A stretch of DNA of 24,167 nucleotides from a virus (Duplodnaviria > Caudoviricetes), in IMG/VR virus record IMGVR_UViG_3300049828_000491, positions 1-24,167 of that record, one strand, 5' to 3'. The translations under genes were made by a program, and so were the position numbers. The notes beneath the pieces are model-generated. The model was given only the letters and a program-made list of their open reading frames with translations. It did no database searches and was not told the DNA's origin. Below, piece by piece: positions 8,801 through 16,905 of the stretch. Position 1 is the first letter of the stretch; the number at the start of each line of letters is the position of its first letter.

Positions 8801-11800
8801 GATCTGTGAACCATCTGTTCATACCAGAACCAAATGCAGAAAGATCTTTTACCTGTGTACCTTGTACTAAGAATACTTGACCTCTCTTAGCATCAATTGT
8901 TATCTGTCCCTGAGGGATCTTTAATAACATCTTATTCTGAGAACCAACAAAACCTAAGTCAGTTTCTGCAAAGTCAATTGGAGGAGCTGATGCAAACAGT
9001 TGACTGTTTCCTACATAAGCAGCTTTAGGGTTGCTTGTATCAATTGTTAGTAGCTGGTTGTAAAGAAGTGTTTTGTTTTCAAAACGAGCTAGCACCACTT
9101 GATTCTGAATACCATCAAGAGATACTAACTTACCGTAGTTCTGAGGGAAATCAAAGTATGAAAGTGGTCTGTAGATCAACCAGTTGTTTACACCCTCTTC
9201 AGGATTGTTTGACTCTGAGTCAGAATAGATTGCTCTGAATGGGAAATAGGTATTACATACGTCTGGTGTCCAGTCAATAGGTAAGTGAGTGAATACGTTC
9301 TCTCTATTCTGTTTAGAGAAGGTTACGTTATAGTAGTATGTGTTATCCTCATTAATACTTACATAACTTTCTTGTACCCAATCATCAGGAATGTCTGTAC
9401 TTACGTGAGGCCAGAAGTCACCAGCTCTGTTATCATAAGCTTGACGCAAGTCAACGTTGTAAGATGTCTCACAGTAGAAATATGGAATACCGTAAGCAAA
9501 CATGTACATCTTACCATCATAGTAAGTTCTTCCTGGACTATTTGCAGGTGTTTGTTTATTTGGGCAATCAAGGTTGTGAGCTTTGATTGAAATAAAGTTC
9601 TTTAAGTTAACTGAGTTAACTGTTACATCACTTAATACAGATCTTGCAGAATACCAGTACTTAGGATATGCAACGTTTCCTAACTCATCATAGTAAATAT
9701 CACTATCATCAGGAGCACCCACTCTGTTATCAATGAAGAAAGGTAGTTTTGTTTTGAGTGCAAACTTACTGATAAATGTGTCACCACCAAATATTGTATC
9801 GTATAGAGGTGATGTGAGTGGTTTAATGTCTCTCTGGAAACCAGTGTCAATTGTGTTGTAAGAATAAATCTGACCCCACTGGTTTTCAAATATGTTCTTT
9901 AATGAAGCATAGTATGATAAAACACTTATCTTTTCTTGTTTCTCTGGATTATTACAGTTGCCCTTTTCAGAGATAGTGAATCTAGAGTTGTCATAAACAT
10001 AAGGAGTTCCACTAGGTGCAATAGATGCTGTCTTATCAGCAAATGGCAAAGGTGTTTTGTCTTCAACTGTTTTAATGTAAACAGAAGATTCACGTTGGAA
10101 GTTGTTAATGTTATTATCATCACCAACACTTTGTACACCAGGAATCAGATACTGAGCAAGTTCAATGTTTCTTTGTTTGATACCAACTGTTCCTGTAACA
10201 GGATCTGTTTGATTGTTTCCAATTATATCACTGTAATCGTAGCTAGCAATTGAGTTAAATGAGTATCCGTAGTTACGTCTAGTGATACCGTTAATGTAAA
10301 TAGTTAAGTAAGCCTGGTATGCAGCAAAGAATGCAGATGCACTAAATCCTCCTATACTAGCAATACCGCTGGAACTACTAACAGCATCTGTTTGTGCTTC
10401 CTTACTTATTAACTTGTAAAGAGCATTATTCTTTACCTCAACAAAGTGTGATTTACCAGCACCAAAAATAACATTCTCAAGTTTTAAAACTGTTCCTAAG
10501 AAAGGTTGACCAAAAGATGTTTCTGGTGAGTTGAATACATATCTGTACTTAGAAGCATCATCATTGAATCCATTTAGTGGACTAGGTTGACAAACTGCAG
10601 AAGATGGGTTCTCAGTAATTGTAGCAGTTCCTTTGGTAGCAGTTGGTGCATAAGGTCCACTAAGTGCACAGCGTATAAATATTTCACCAACGGTTGTGCT
10701 AGTTATTGTAACAAGCTCATTTGTATAGCAGTCAATGTATTCAAGTTCAAAGTTACCAGTTCCATCAAGTGTCAACACTGTGAATGTATAACTGTTACAT
10801 TGAGCACCAGCAGATCCATCTGAGTTAGATGTATAAGCATTGTTTCTATCTAACAAGAAGGGGTCTGGTCTTAAATCATTATAAGGATAGTTAGGGTAGT
10901 AGTAATCAGTTTCTTCTCTTGTGTACTTACCTACGTTTCTTAGAATACCCTTAGCAACAATAGACTTGTTATTGCTTCTATCACCACGAACAATTTTAAA
11001 TCCTTCAATATTATCTTTCTGTTCCTGAGTTAGATTTGATGACTGAATTAAGTTGCTAATCTGAGCAATATCCACTCTAACACCCATAGGGAATATAGCT
11101 CGTTTTTCCATCACCATAGCATTAGGTGATGAGAATAAAGCAGATTCAAATATAGGACTAACTAGAACATCTGGAAACTTGTGATGTCTAATCTTCTGAC
11201 CAGCAAGTGGTCCCCACACTTCTGTGTTACAAGGATACTCATCTTCGGATTCCCAATAAGCAAATTCTCCATACTGATATGGACCTTTGTAATCAGAAGA
11301 AGCTACATACTCAGGAGAGAATCCTGTAAGTGTAGCAGTGTTGTATATTTTCCAAGTGGGCTGACCTCCTAATGCAGGATCAGGTTCTCCAATAAAGTCA
11401 TTATTAGCAGCACTAATTATAGCTCCATCTGCAGGAGTGATTGTTCTTCCTGGGATGTGAAAACCATCAGTTTGTTTACCACTCTTTAGTAAGAACACGA
11501 TCTCAAATGCATACACCTCATCACGTAAGTATCCTCTGTAGTTGGTAGCTAAAAGCTCGTCACTATAATCTTCGTTTGCAGGGATTCTGTAAGTTTGCCA
11601 ATCAAGACTGACCTGATTAGCAATCTGCTGATAGTTAACTTGATCAATAGATGTTAAACCATCCCAAACAAGAATATCACGAACTGCTGTTAAGTCTTGA
11701 GCGATCTCATAGTAAGGATACTTGAGAGTAATTTCATCAAGAGCTAAGGGTACTTGTGTCTTGTTCTGACCAGTGTAGGTGATTGTAGTTTGAGAACTAT

Positions 11801-12671
11801 CAATGAAATAAGTACCTACTAGTTCAACTGTAGTAATAGCATTAACTGTTTTAATTACAGCTAAGTTAAAGTATTGCCACTGACCAGAGGTGTCAAGATT
11901 GGATATATCAATCTCAATTGACTTACCTACTGGGTAATCAAAACTAGGAGTGGTAACTTGAGGATTAGCAATTGGGAGGGGGTTTGTAACAGAGTAGTAG
12001 GATGAGTATCCTTCTCCTGCAACATCAGCATACTGAATAGCAAACTGATAAGTACCAGCTTTTAGATCACCACCAGTCTTTACATCAAGTATTCTCAATT
12101 GAGGAATTGAGAAGTTTGGTTGGATGTTAATTCTGTTACAATCTAATTCTGTTGTTTTAATTCTGGTACAGCCATCACCTGATAAAGTTTCAACATAAGG
12201 AACATCATCAATGTCCATGTATCTTCTTGGGTTCAGACCATCTGTCCAGTATATTTCTGTACCACAGTTTGTAATTCTGTGAACAGCTTTGTGTATAGGG
12301 TGGGCAATGTTAAAGTTTAGGCAAACAGCGTTCACTAAGGTGCGATACACACAATCATTATTATCCATGTATCCAATCTCAGAATCTCCTGTCTCAGGAT
12401 TAGCTAAGAAGAATATGTGTTTATTCTTTTCAATGATAGCGTGTTCACCAATCAACTGATAACCAGCAGGAAAATCCAAGCAATGTTCGTTACCTGGTTC
12501 ATTCTGATAGTTAACAGAATTAGAGTCAAAGTTTTCTACAGCAGCATTTAGAGCATAGGTTAGTGATCCTTTGGAGATCTGATTAACCGATTGATCTAAA
12601 TTTAAACCTGATGTTGCAACATTGAACTCTGGTTTGATATTACCTTGATTAGTTGTTTCTTCTCCAGCCAT
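5868..12671 (-). CDS. Tail stabilisation / muzzle protein (P22 gp10-like role, crAss-like) with ~850-aa Thr-rich C-terminal extension
   Basis: 2267-aa ORF directly downstream of the tail tubular gene. N-terminus GLNLD...YALNA...NEPGN, EIYWTDGLNPRRY, GYLRDEVYAFEIVF, IFGGDTFISKF and SWISFHSYLP match the crAss-like tail stabilisation pattern as I recall it. Confidence 0.8.
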   Translation of the reverse strand: MAGEETTNQGNIKPEFNVATSGLNLDQSVNQISKGSLTYALNAAVENFDSNSVNYQNEPGNEHCLDFPAGYQLIGEHAIIEKNKHIFFLANPETGDSEIGYMDNNDCVYRTLVNAVCLNFNIAHPIHKAVHRITNCGTEIYWTDGLNPRRYMDIDDVPYVETLSGDGCTRIKTTELDCNRINIQPNFSIPQLRILDVKTGGDLKAGTYQFAIQYADVAGEGYSSYYSVTNPLPIANPQVTTPSFDYPVGKSIEIDISNLDTSGQWQYFNLAVIKTVNAITTVELVGTYFIDSSQTTITYTGQNKTQVPLALDEITLKYPYYEIAQDLTAVRDILVWDGLTSIDQVNYQQIANQVSLDWQTYRIPANEDYSDELLATNYRGYLRDEVYAFEIVFLLKSGKQTDGFHIPGRTITPADGAIISAANNDFIGEPDPALGGQPTWKIYNTATLTGFSPEYVASSDYKGPYQYGEFAYWESEDEYPCNTEVWGPLAGQKIRHHKFPDVLVSPIFESALFSSPNAMVMEKRAIFPMGVRVDIAQISNLIQSSNLTQEQKDNIEGFKIVRGDRSNNKSIVAKGILRNVGKYTREETDYYYPNYPYNDLRPDPFLLDRNNAYTSNSDGSAGAQCNSYTFTVLTLDGTGNFELEYIDCYTNELVTITSTTVGEIFIRCALSGPYAPTATKGTATITENPSSAVCQPSPLNGFNDDASKYRYVFNSPETSFGQPFLGTVLKLENVIFGAGKSHFVEVKNNALYKLISKEAQTDAVSSSSGIASIGGFSASAFFAAYQAYLTIYINGITRRNYGYSFNSIASYDYSDIIGNNQTDPVTGTVGIKQRNIELAQYLIPGVQSVGDDNNINNFQRESSVYIKTVEDKTPLPFADKTASIAPSGTPYVYDNSRFTISEKGNCNNPEKQEKISVLSYYASLKNIFENQWGQIYSYNTIDTGFQRDIKPLTSPLYDTIFGGDTFISKFALKTKLPFFIDNRVGAPDDSDIYYDELGNVAYPKYWYSARSVLSDVTVNSVNLKNFISIKAHNLDCPNKQTPANSPGRTYYDGKMYMFAYGIPYFYCETSYNVDLRQAYDNRAGDFWPHVSTDIPDDWVQESYVSINEDNTYYYNVTFSKQNRENVFTHLPIDWTPDVCNTYFPFRAIYSDSESNNPEEGVNNWLIYRPLSYFDFPQNYGKLVSLDGIQNQVVLARFENKTLLYNQLLTIDTSNPKAAYVGNSQLFASAPPIDFAETDLGFVGSQNKMLLKIPQGQITIDAKRGQVFLVQGTQVKDLSAFGSGMNRWFTDHLAFEILKYFPEVNTDNHFTGVGLHGVFDSKYDRVILTKLDYIPKSSDIIYDATDRKFYIVEELISGQPIRTEVYLTDEDYFCNKSWSVSYNFNTNSWISFHSYLPNFYIAENNFFYSGLNDCCSPLEVIVAEIIPNPPTTTTTTTIPCGFLATAVEQSCLLEGYIVDLTPTTTTTTSTIAPSTTTTTTFDCSLDGYAVEIISTTTTTTTASFYSWILGGEGEAYGSTALACADSSITGPTVYTNTTDLCFGVQFYSDPALTILAGLLPDYYYRVVNPITFEVLIVAIGDGEVSVGCVTCPTTTTTTSTLVPTTSTTTTTATPTTTTTTTIDCALDGIATDVTPTTTTTSTTASPTTTSTTTITPTTTSTTTISPTTTSTTTVSPATTTTTTTLVPTTTSTTTLAPTTTTTTTIDCSLAGYATDVTPTTTTTTTVIILPTTTSTTTAVPTTTTTTTVSPTTTSTTTLVPTTTSTTTLSPTTTSTTTVVPTTTSTTTAVPTTTSTTTAVPTTTSTTTVTPTTSTTTTLPASIAWVTGGAGNGQFSSGAACALTIGGPTLYTASPYTGNGSVFYTNNTLTTPFNGANLWYKVYNVSAGYSLAVQINASGVQINSSSCDTTSTTTTIAPATTTTTTTITPTTTTTTTIAPTTTTTTTTTIVPTTTTTTLTPTTSTTTTLSPTTTTTTTLTPTTTTTTTATPTTTTTTTLTPTTTSTTTATPTTTSTTTATPTTSTTTTAPASIAAIVGSGGTGFASVAGACGASTGGPTIYTPVPYTGTGSVFYTNTSLTTPFNGGSLWYNLYVPSFGYNLIVQINSVGVQIDSGSCATTTTTQVPTTTTTTTLTPTTTSTTTAVPTTTTTTTAVPTTTTTSTTLAPVYKYTFQDNVVSSGSFDCGDGFFGFFTTNEVVVTIYDSTCTTTQTSHPTYTFTLQQFGSDPTSYPTIFVSNGSSTGTYSYVSQDSCSAYYSSVIMYSAPIAEC
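6180..8390 (-). repeat. Coding low-complexity repeats, (hydrophobic)-P-T-T-T-(S/T)-T-T-T units, mucin-like
   Basis: Dozens of PTTTSTTT / PTTTTTTT units in the translation; the plus strand reads as degenerate gtagtt/gtggtt/gttgta runs. Confidence 0.95.
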
Positions 12672-13623
12672 ATCTGTTAGTTCTGTTTGGGAGTTCGTAC
12701 ATGTTGAACCTGTTCAGATCGTTCTTAATTCTACGTTGCTTGGTCCAAGGATCTTGCTTCTTAATCTCAATATCAGCCATGATGAATGCCTCATCAGCCA
12801 GAGACTTGTAATAGTTTAACTTAGCCTGTAGCTGATTGAATGTCTCATCGTTAGTTTGATTGGTTAGAGTTTCAAATACCTTGTACTTGATAAAGTGTTC
12901 GATAAATTCTCTGATACGATAGTTATCAGGGATTAACTGGTTACCACCAGCATCATATTCTGTAGCATAGAATAACAAGTGTACAACACCATTTCTGAAG
13001 TTGGTTACAAATTTGTTATCTCTAATATCAAAAGAGTCATATCCTGCACCACCTGGTGTAAACTCATGTATAGGTGCAACAGGTTGTTGGAAGGTCCAAG
13101 CTTCTGTATAGTTCACATCACACTGACTTCTTACAGAGATGTTGCCTGGTTTAAGTAGGTATTCTCTTTTGTAAGATCTAGCAACTTCTTGATTAGTCTT
13201 GTATACAGCTTGAATAAGCTCAGGCATACATCCACCGTTACATCCAGGATCTTGACATGTAGGATTGTTACAAGGTGTACCAGCAACAATCACAGGGCTC
13301 ACTTGAATGGTTGTTTGAGAAGCAGCTTGTGAATAGAATGAGTTAGCTGTTTGATAAGGATAGCCAGGGATCTCTGTGAGCATCCAAGCCTCTCTTACAG
13401 CATAGAAGTTATCTGGGAGTCTAGCTTGGAAATCCTCAATATAGAGAATCTCTTCGCTGATAACATAAGTTGTTCTGCCCAACTTTCTCAAACACTTGTC
13501 AAGATAGGTAGGAAACATTAAGTCATCTACAGCACCTGTGTCAAAGTAGCTTTTAAGTTCTTCTTTAACAGTAGCATAGATAGGCTCAGGGGAGATGAAG
13601 TTATATTTGTAGTAGTATGACAT
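12649..13623 (-). CDS. Tail tubular / ring protein (crAss-like Ttub)
   Basis: 324-aa ORF between the HU/IHF-like gene and the muzzle gene (conserved crAss-like synteny); IEDFQARLPDNFY and FVTNFRNGVVHLLFYA...LIPDN motifs; overlaps the next gene by 23 nt. Confidence 0.7.
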   Translation of the reverse strand: MSYYYKYNFISPEPIYATVKEELKSYFDTGAVDDLMFPTYLDKCLRKLGRTTYVISEEILYIEDFQARLPDNFYAVREAWMLTEIPGYPYQTANSFYSQAASQTTIQVSPVIVAGTPCNNPTCQDPGCNGGCMPELIQAVYKTNQEVARSYKREYLLKPGNISVRSQCDVNYTEAWTFQQPVAPIHEFTPGGAGYDSFDIRDNKFVTNFRNGVVHLLFYATEYDAGGNQLIPDNYRIREFIEHFIKYKVFETLTNQTNDETFNQLQAKLNYYKSLADEAFIMADIEIKKQDPWTKQRRIKNDLNRFNMYELPNRTNRYGWRRNN

Positions 13624-13646
13624 TCTATTGGTAGATTAATGTTTGT

Positions 13647-14123
13647 TTACTTCTTCCATTCTCTATAAATGTGTTGGTATTTTTCGTCTGTCTTAATGTA
13701 ATGCGATAGGAGTCTTGAGGTTGTTCTGGATGGTTTAAAGTACCATAGGTCTATGTTTCTAAACCTTGCTGATTCTTTGAACCACATCCAACCAAAGAAA
13801 TAACCTTCAGTGTGGTAATTAAAATTGTAGATTACTTTTTTCTTTTCTCTGGTCTTTTGCCAGTCGATAGGAAGGTTGATGTATTCTTTACCATCAATGT
13901 TTTTGATCTTCTTTCTCTTCTTCTTGTTGATAGAAAACTCACCAAATCCAAATGGGAGTCTAGACTTCTCTCCTGTCTCAAGAATATACTCCTTAAACTG
14001 TTCTGTAAATGTGTAGACTATATTTCTCCACTCATCAAAAGAAAGGTTAATAGAAGGATATTTCTTGCAGAAGTTGTTGTAGTTTTCTCTACTTGAGCTT
14101 CTCCAATCAATCTTTGTACGCAT
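13647..14123 (-). CDS. HU/IHF-like DNA-binding protein of the crAss-like structural module
   Basis: 158-aa basic protein with RLPFGFGEFSINKKKRK (HU/IHF GFGxF signature) and IDWQKT...VIYNFNYHTEGYFF; immediately precedes the tail tubular gene. Confidence 0.7.
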   Translation of the reverse strand: MRTKIDWRSSSRENYNNFCKKYPSINLSFDEWRNIVYTFTEQFKEYILETGEKSRLPFGFGEFSINKKKRKKIKNIDGKEYINLPIDWQKTREKKKVIYNFNYHTEGYFFGWMWFKESARFRNIDLWYFKPSRTTSRLLSHYIKTDEKYQHIYREWKK

Positions 14124-14851
14124 TATCTAGTTGGGGCTGAATTAGGAGATTGTCCATCAATCCCATCATCAGTCATGTCGGTTTTAATTCTGAAGTATGT
14201 GTTCAGAAGTTTTTCTGAAGTTAGTTCTAATACTTGTTTTTCTAAATATCCTGGAAGACCAAAAGGTTTGTCTAATGGATTCATGCAGTATTGCTCATCA
14301 GAAGGATTACAATCTCCACATCCAGACTCAGGATATAATAGATCATTAGGAACATCTTGCTCAAAGAAAGCAGAGATTCTAATAGCTTGTAGAAGAGGAT
14401 TACTTACGTACAGATAATCATTGATGATCCAGAAGTATTCTTCTTTCTTGATGATAGGAAGTTTAAGAAGATTGACATATCTGTTGATTGTAATCTCCTT
14501 AAGCTTCTTACCTTGTCCACTCATAGCATTGATTGAGTAGACACCTTGGATTAAATACTGATAATTACCCTCAGATATACGAGGTAACTTGTGTTTGCTT
14601 CTTGCTACAGTGCAAGGATCTTGATAGTCACAACATTCAGAAATAGGCACCTCTACCATTTCCAAGCATGGAATAGTTGTAAACAAAGTAGAAGTAGCCC
14701 AGAGTTTTCTGAGGTTGGTTTCTCTTTTGATTAACAAGATGCTATTGTTCTTAATTTCAGAAGCGATAGCCCTATCAGTAATAAGGCTATCGGTGGACAA
14801 CAACTTGTGTGCTGACCTAACGTCTGAAACCAGCTTTCTTAATGTCGACAT
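14123..14851 (-). CDS. Putative tail ring protein (crAss-like)
   Basis: 242-aa ORF translationally coupled on both sides (TAATG); size, synteny and motifs TIPCLEMVEV, ARSKHKLP, YLYVSNP, ISAFFE. Confidence 0.55.
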   Translation of the reverse strand: MSTLRKLVSDVRSAHKLLSTDSLITDRAIASEIKNNSILLIKRETNLRKLWATSTLFTTIPCLEMVEVPISECCDYQDPCTVARSKHKLPRISEGNYQYLIQGVYSINAMSGQGKKLKEITINRYVNLLKLPIIKKEEYFWIINDYLYVSNPLLQAIRISAFFEQDVPNDLLYPESGCGDCNPSDEQYCMNPLDKPFGLPGYLEKQVLELTSEKLLNTYFRIKTDMTDDGIDGQSPNSAPTR

Positions 14852-16080
14852 TATAAATACTGTTTGAATATGTTTGTCATTCCTTTTTCGTAGTCTATCA
14901 GGAACCCAGTTACTTCTGCTTTAGAGCAAACATGACCCATCTTATCATCCCACACACTCTTAGCATTAGAGAATGCTGGTATCTGATAGAACTTAATACC
15001 ATTGAAGTCTTGACTAACTTCATGGTGTTTATCTCCTGTGAATATGTAGAAGTTATTATGATATGACCATTCTTCTCTATATTCCATTGGGAAGATTGCA
15101 GCTAGCTTAGCAGGTTTAATTGCATCACCATGATTGAACATCATTGCTGAATCTCCATAGCTTACATACTTTCTGTACTTAGGAGAAGCATCAAACTTAA
15201 CTCTTGGTTCATTTCTGAAATAAGTTTGTAACCAGTTGATCATATGCCAACCTACAAACTCATCATGATTACCTGAAACAAAAACAATCTCTACAGCTTC
15301 TGCAGAGTTTAGTAGCAGGTTAATCATACCAACTTCGTGATTACAGATCTTTCTAAAAGATTCGTAGTATGAAGTTAGGTTTGATTGTGGAGTTCCTTTA
15401 GTTGTAGTTCCTGTGAATTCACTGTTGAACTCATCAGAACCGATGATATACTTGATATCAGTTAAGTAGTTAGATAGTTCAGCTTGATTAATAATTATGC
15501 CAATCTTCTCTCTGACATCTACAAATCTTTGAGTCATATCATTGTGACCATCGATATCACTCTTGTTGTAGTGAGCATCTTGTTTGTTGATAACTAAACA
15601 AGCATCCTCTTTGTCATTATACTTAGGTTTTTCAACAAGTTGTGCAGCAGGTTCGTAACTAGCTAAGAAGTCAACAAAGCTATCTTGAAATAGTTGTTCT
15701 TCTCCTTTTTTACTTAACCAAGCTTTTACTTGCCAATGTGGGTTCTTTCCGTTACCCCAGTAGTTCTGTACATATTTGGTAATGTCCCACTTCTGTGTAT
15801 CAATGTTACATTTCTCGATGAGCTCATCAAGCGTTCTAATTTCTACATCAGAGTTAAATACGATCTCTCCAGTTCCTTTTTGTACATCCTCTGTAAACTT
15901 AACAGTTACAGATCCATCTTCTTCCTGTGTAACTTCCTCAACACCAATCTCTTTTAATTCGTTCAATAACGCACTTACTTCTTCTTCTGTAATTCCAAGC
16001 TTTTCAGCATAGAACTTTTTGCTTTTTTTCCATCGTACCAGCTGTCCCAACTGGTCCAAAAGTTGCTGATTTTCAGACAT
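14851..16080 (-). CDS. Calcineurin-like metallophosphoesterase with N-terminal HTH-like segment
   Basis: Five motifs in order: QDAHYNK (DxH), IIGSDEFN (GxD), SGNHDE (GNHD), FNHGD, TGDKHH (GHxH variant). N-terminal KKFYAEKLGITEEEVSALL resembles a helix-turn-helix. Confidence 0.8.
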   Translation of the reverse strand: MSENQQLLDQLGQLVRWKKSKKFYAEKLGITEEEVSALLNELKEIGVEEVTQEEDGSVTVKFTEDVQKGTGEIVFNSDVEIRTLDELIEKCNIDTQKWDITKYVQNYWGNGKNPHWQVKAWLSKKGEEQLFQDSFVDFLASYEPAAQLVEKPKYNDKEDACLVINKQDAHYNKSDIDGHNDMTQRFVDVREKIGIIINQAELSNYLTDIKYIIGSDEFNSEFTGTTTKGTPQSNLTSYYESFRKICNHEVGMINLLLNSAEAVEIVFVSGNHDEFVGWHMINWLQTYFRNEPRVKFDASPKYRKYVSYGDSAMMFNHGDAIKPAKLAAIFPMEYREEWSYHNNFYIFTGDKHHEVSQDFNGIKFYQIPAFSNAKSVWDDKMGHVCSKAEVTGFLIDYEKGMTNIFKQYL

Positions 16081-16108
16081 ATTAAGTCGATTTTAGTTAA
16101 AATTACAG

Positions 16109-16140
16109 TAAAGGTAGCAATTGTTTTTAAAAAAACCAAA
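16109..16140 (-). promoter_or_regulatory. Bacteroidota sigma-A type promoter (-33/-7)
   Basis: Minus strand TTTG-N20-TACCTTTA versus the established Bacteroides consensus TTTG-N19-21-TAnnTTTG (one mismatch); 28 nt upstream of the ATG at 16080 and just downstream of a terminator. Confidence 0.6.
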
Positions 16141-16184
16141 TATTTTTAACTAGATAGGTTATTGTGTATAACGAATTTAATTAT

Positions 16185-16220
16185 AAATAAAAACTCCCAG
16201 AGCACTAGGTACCCTGGGAG
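16185..16220 (-). terminator. Rho-independent terminator
   Basis: Minus strand CTCCCAG-GGTAC-CTA-GTGCT-CTGGGAG followed by TTTTTATTT, downstream of the 216-aa gene; a second hairpin AATCCTGT...ACAGGATT lies at 16221..16248. Confidence 0.85.
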
Positions 16221-16249
16221 AATCCTGTAAAACCAACAAAACAGGATTT

Positions 16250-16900
16250 TTAGACTTCTAAGCAAACAGTAAACGTTGTTGGAGATATAGTTGTTCCGTT
16301 TAAATCTACCGTTTGTATTTGTATTAAGGCTCTATCCTCACAATCTGGATATACTCTTGTGTACAATCCTTGTTCTGCAAGTGTAGTTCCTGTATAGATT
16401 GTAATAACCAAATTATAGTTTCCAAAGTCACCTGACGTAGGAATAGTTACAGTTATGTCTGTTGGTGCAGCTATTGGAGTTCCACCAGGACCATTCAGTA
16501 AGGTTGCTCTGTATGATCTATAAACATTATATAGATTACTAGGAGGGGATGGACAAGCTAATTCTTGTAATGTACTGTACAATTCTACTTGAACACATGC
16601 TGTAGCATAAGGATCTGTAGTAGTTGTTGTAGTAGTTGGTTCAACTACAGTAGTAGTGGTTGTAGTTGTAGGCTCAGTAACTTTTGCTATAGTTACAGTA
16701 ACATAATCAGTACAAGTTCCTGTAGATGCCAATTTAATTAATGTAGCATCATTAGGAACTAAGTTGCTTGTATATCCTGCTTCTAGTGCAGCTTTTGATA
16801 CCCCTGTTTCAAAGGGTACCAAAAAGCCATCACTATCAGAATATAAATCAAACGGACCTGTTCCAGCTCCTGCTGATGATATTGTTATTATTACTACCAT
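16250..16900 (-). CDS. Putative virion fibre/decoration protein with shared N-terminal module and Thr-rich linker
   Basis: 216 aa; N-terminus AGAGTGPFDLYS...PFETGVSKAAL...STGTC, then PTTTTTTTVVEPTTTTTTT, then a beta-rich Cys-containing domain. Confidence 0.65.
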   Translation of the reverse strand: MVVIITISSAGAGTGPFDLYSDSDGFLVPFETGVSKAALEAGYTSNLVPNDATLIKLASTGTCTDYVTVTIAKVTEPTTTTTTTVVEPTTTTTTTDPYATACVQVELYSTLQELACPSPPSNLYNVYRSYRATLLNGPGGTPIAAPTDITVTIPTSGDFGNYNLVITIYTGTTLAEQGLYTRVYPDCEDRALIQIQTVDLNGTTISPTTFTVCLEV

Positions 16901-16905
16901 TTAGT

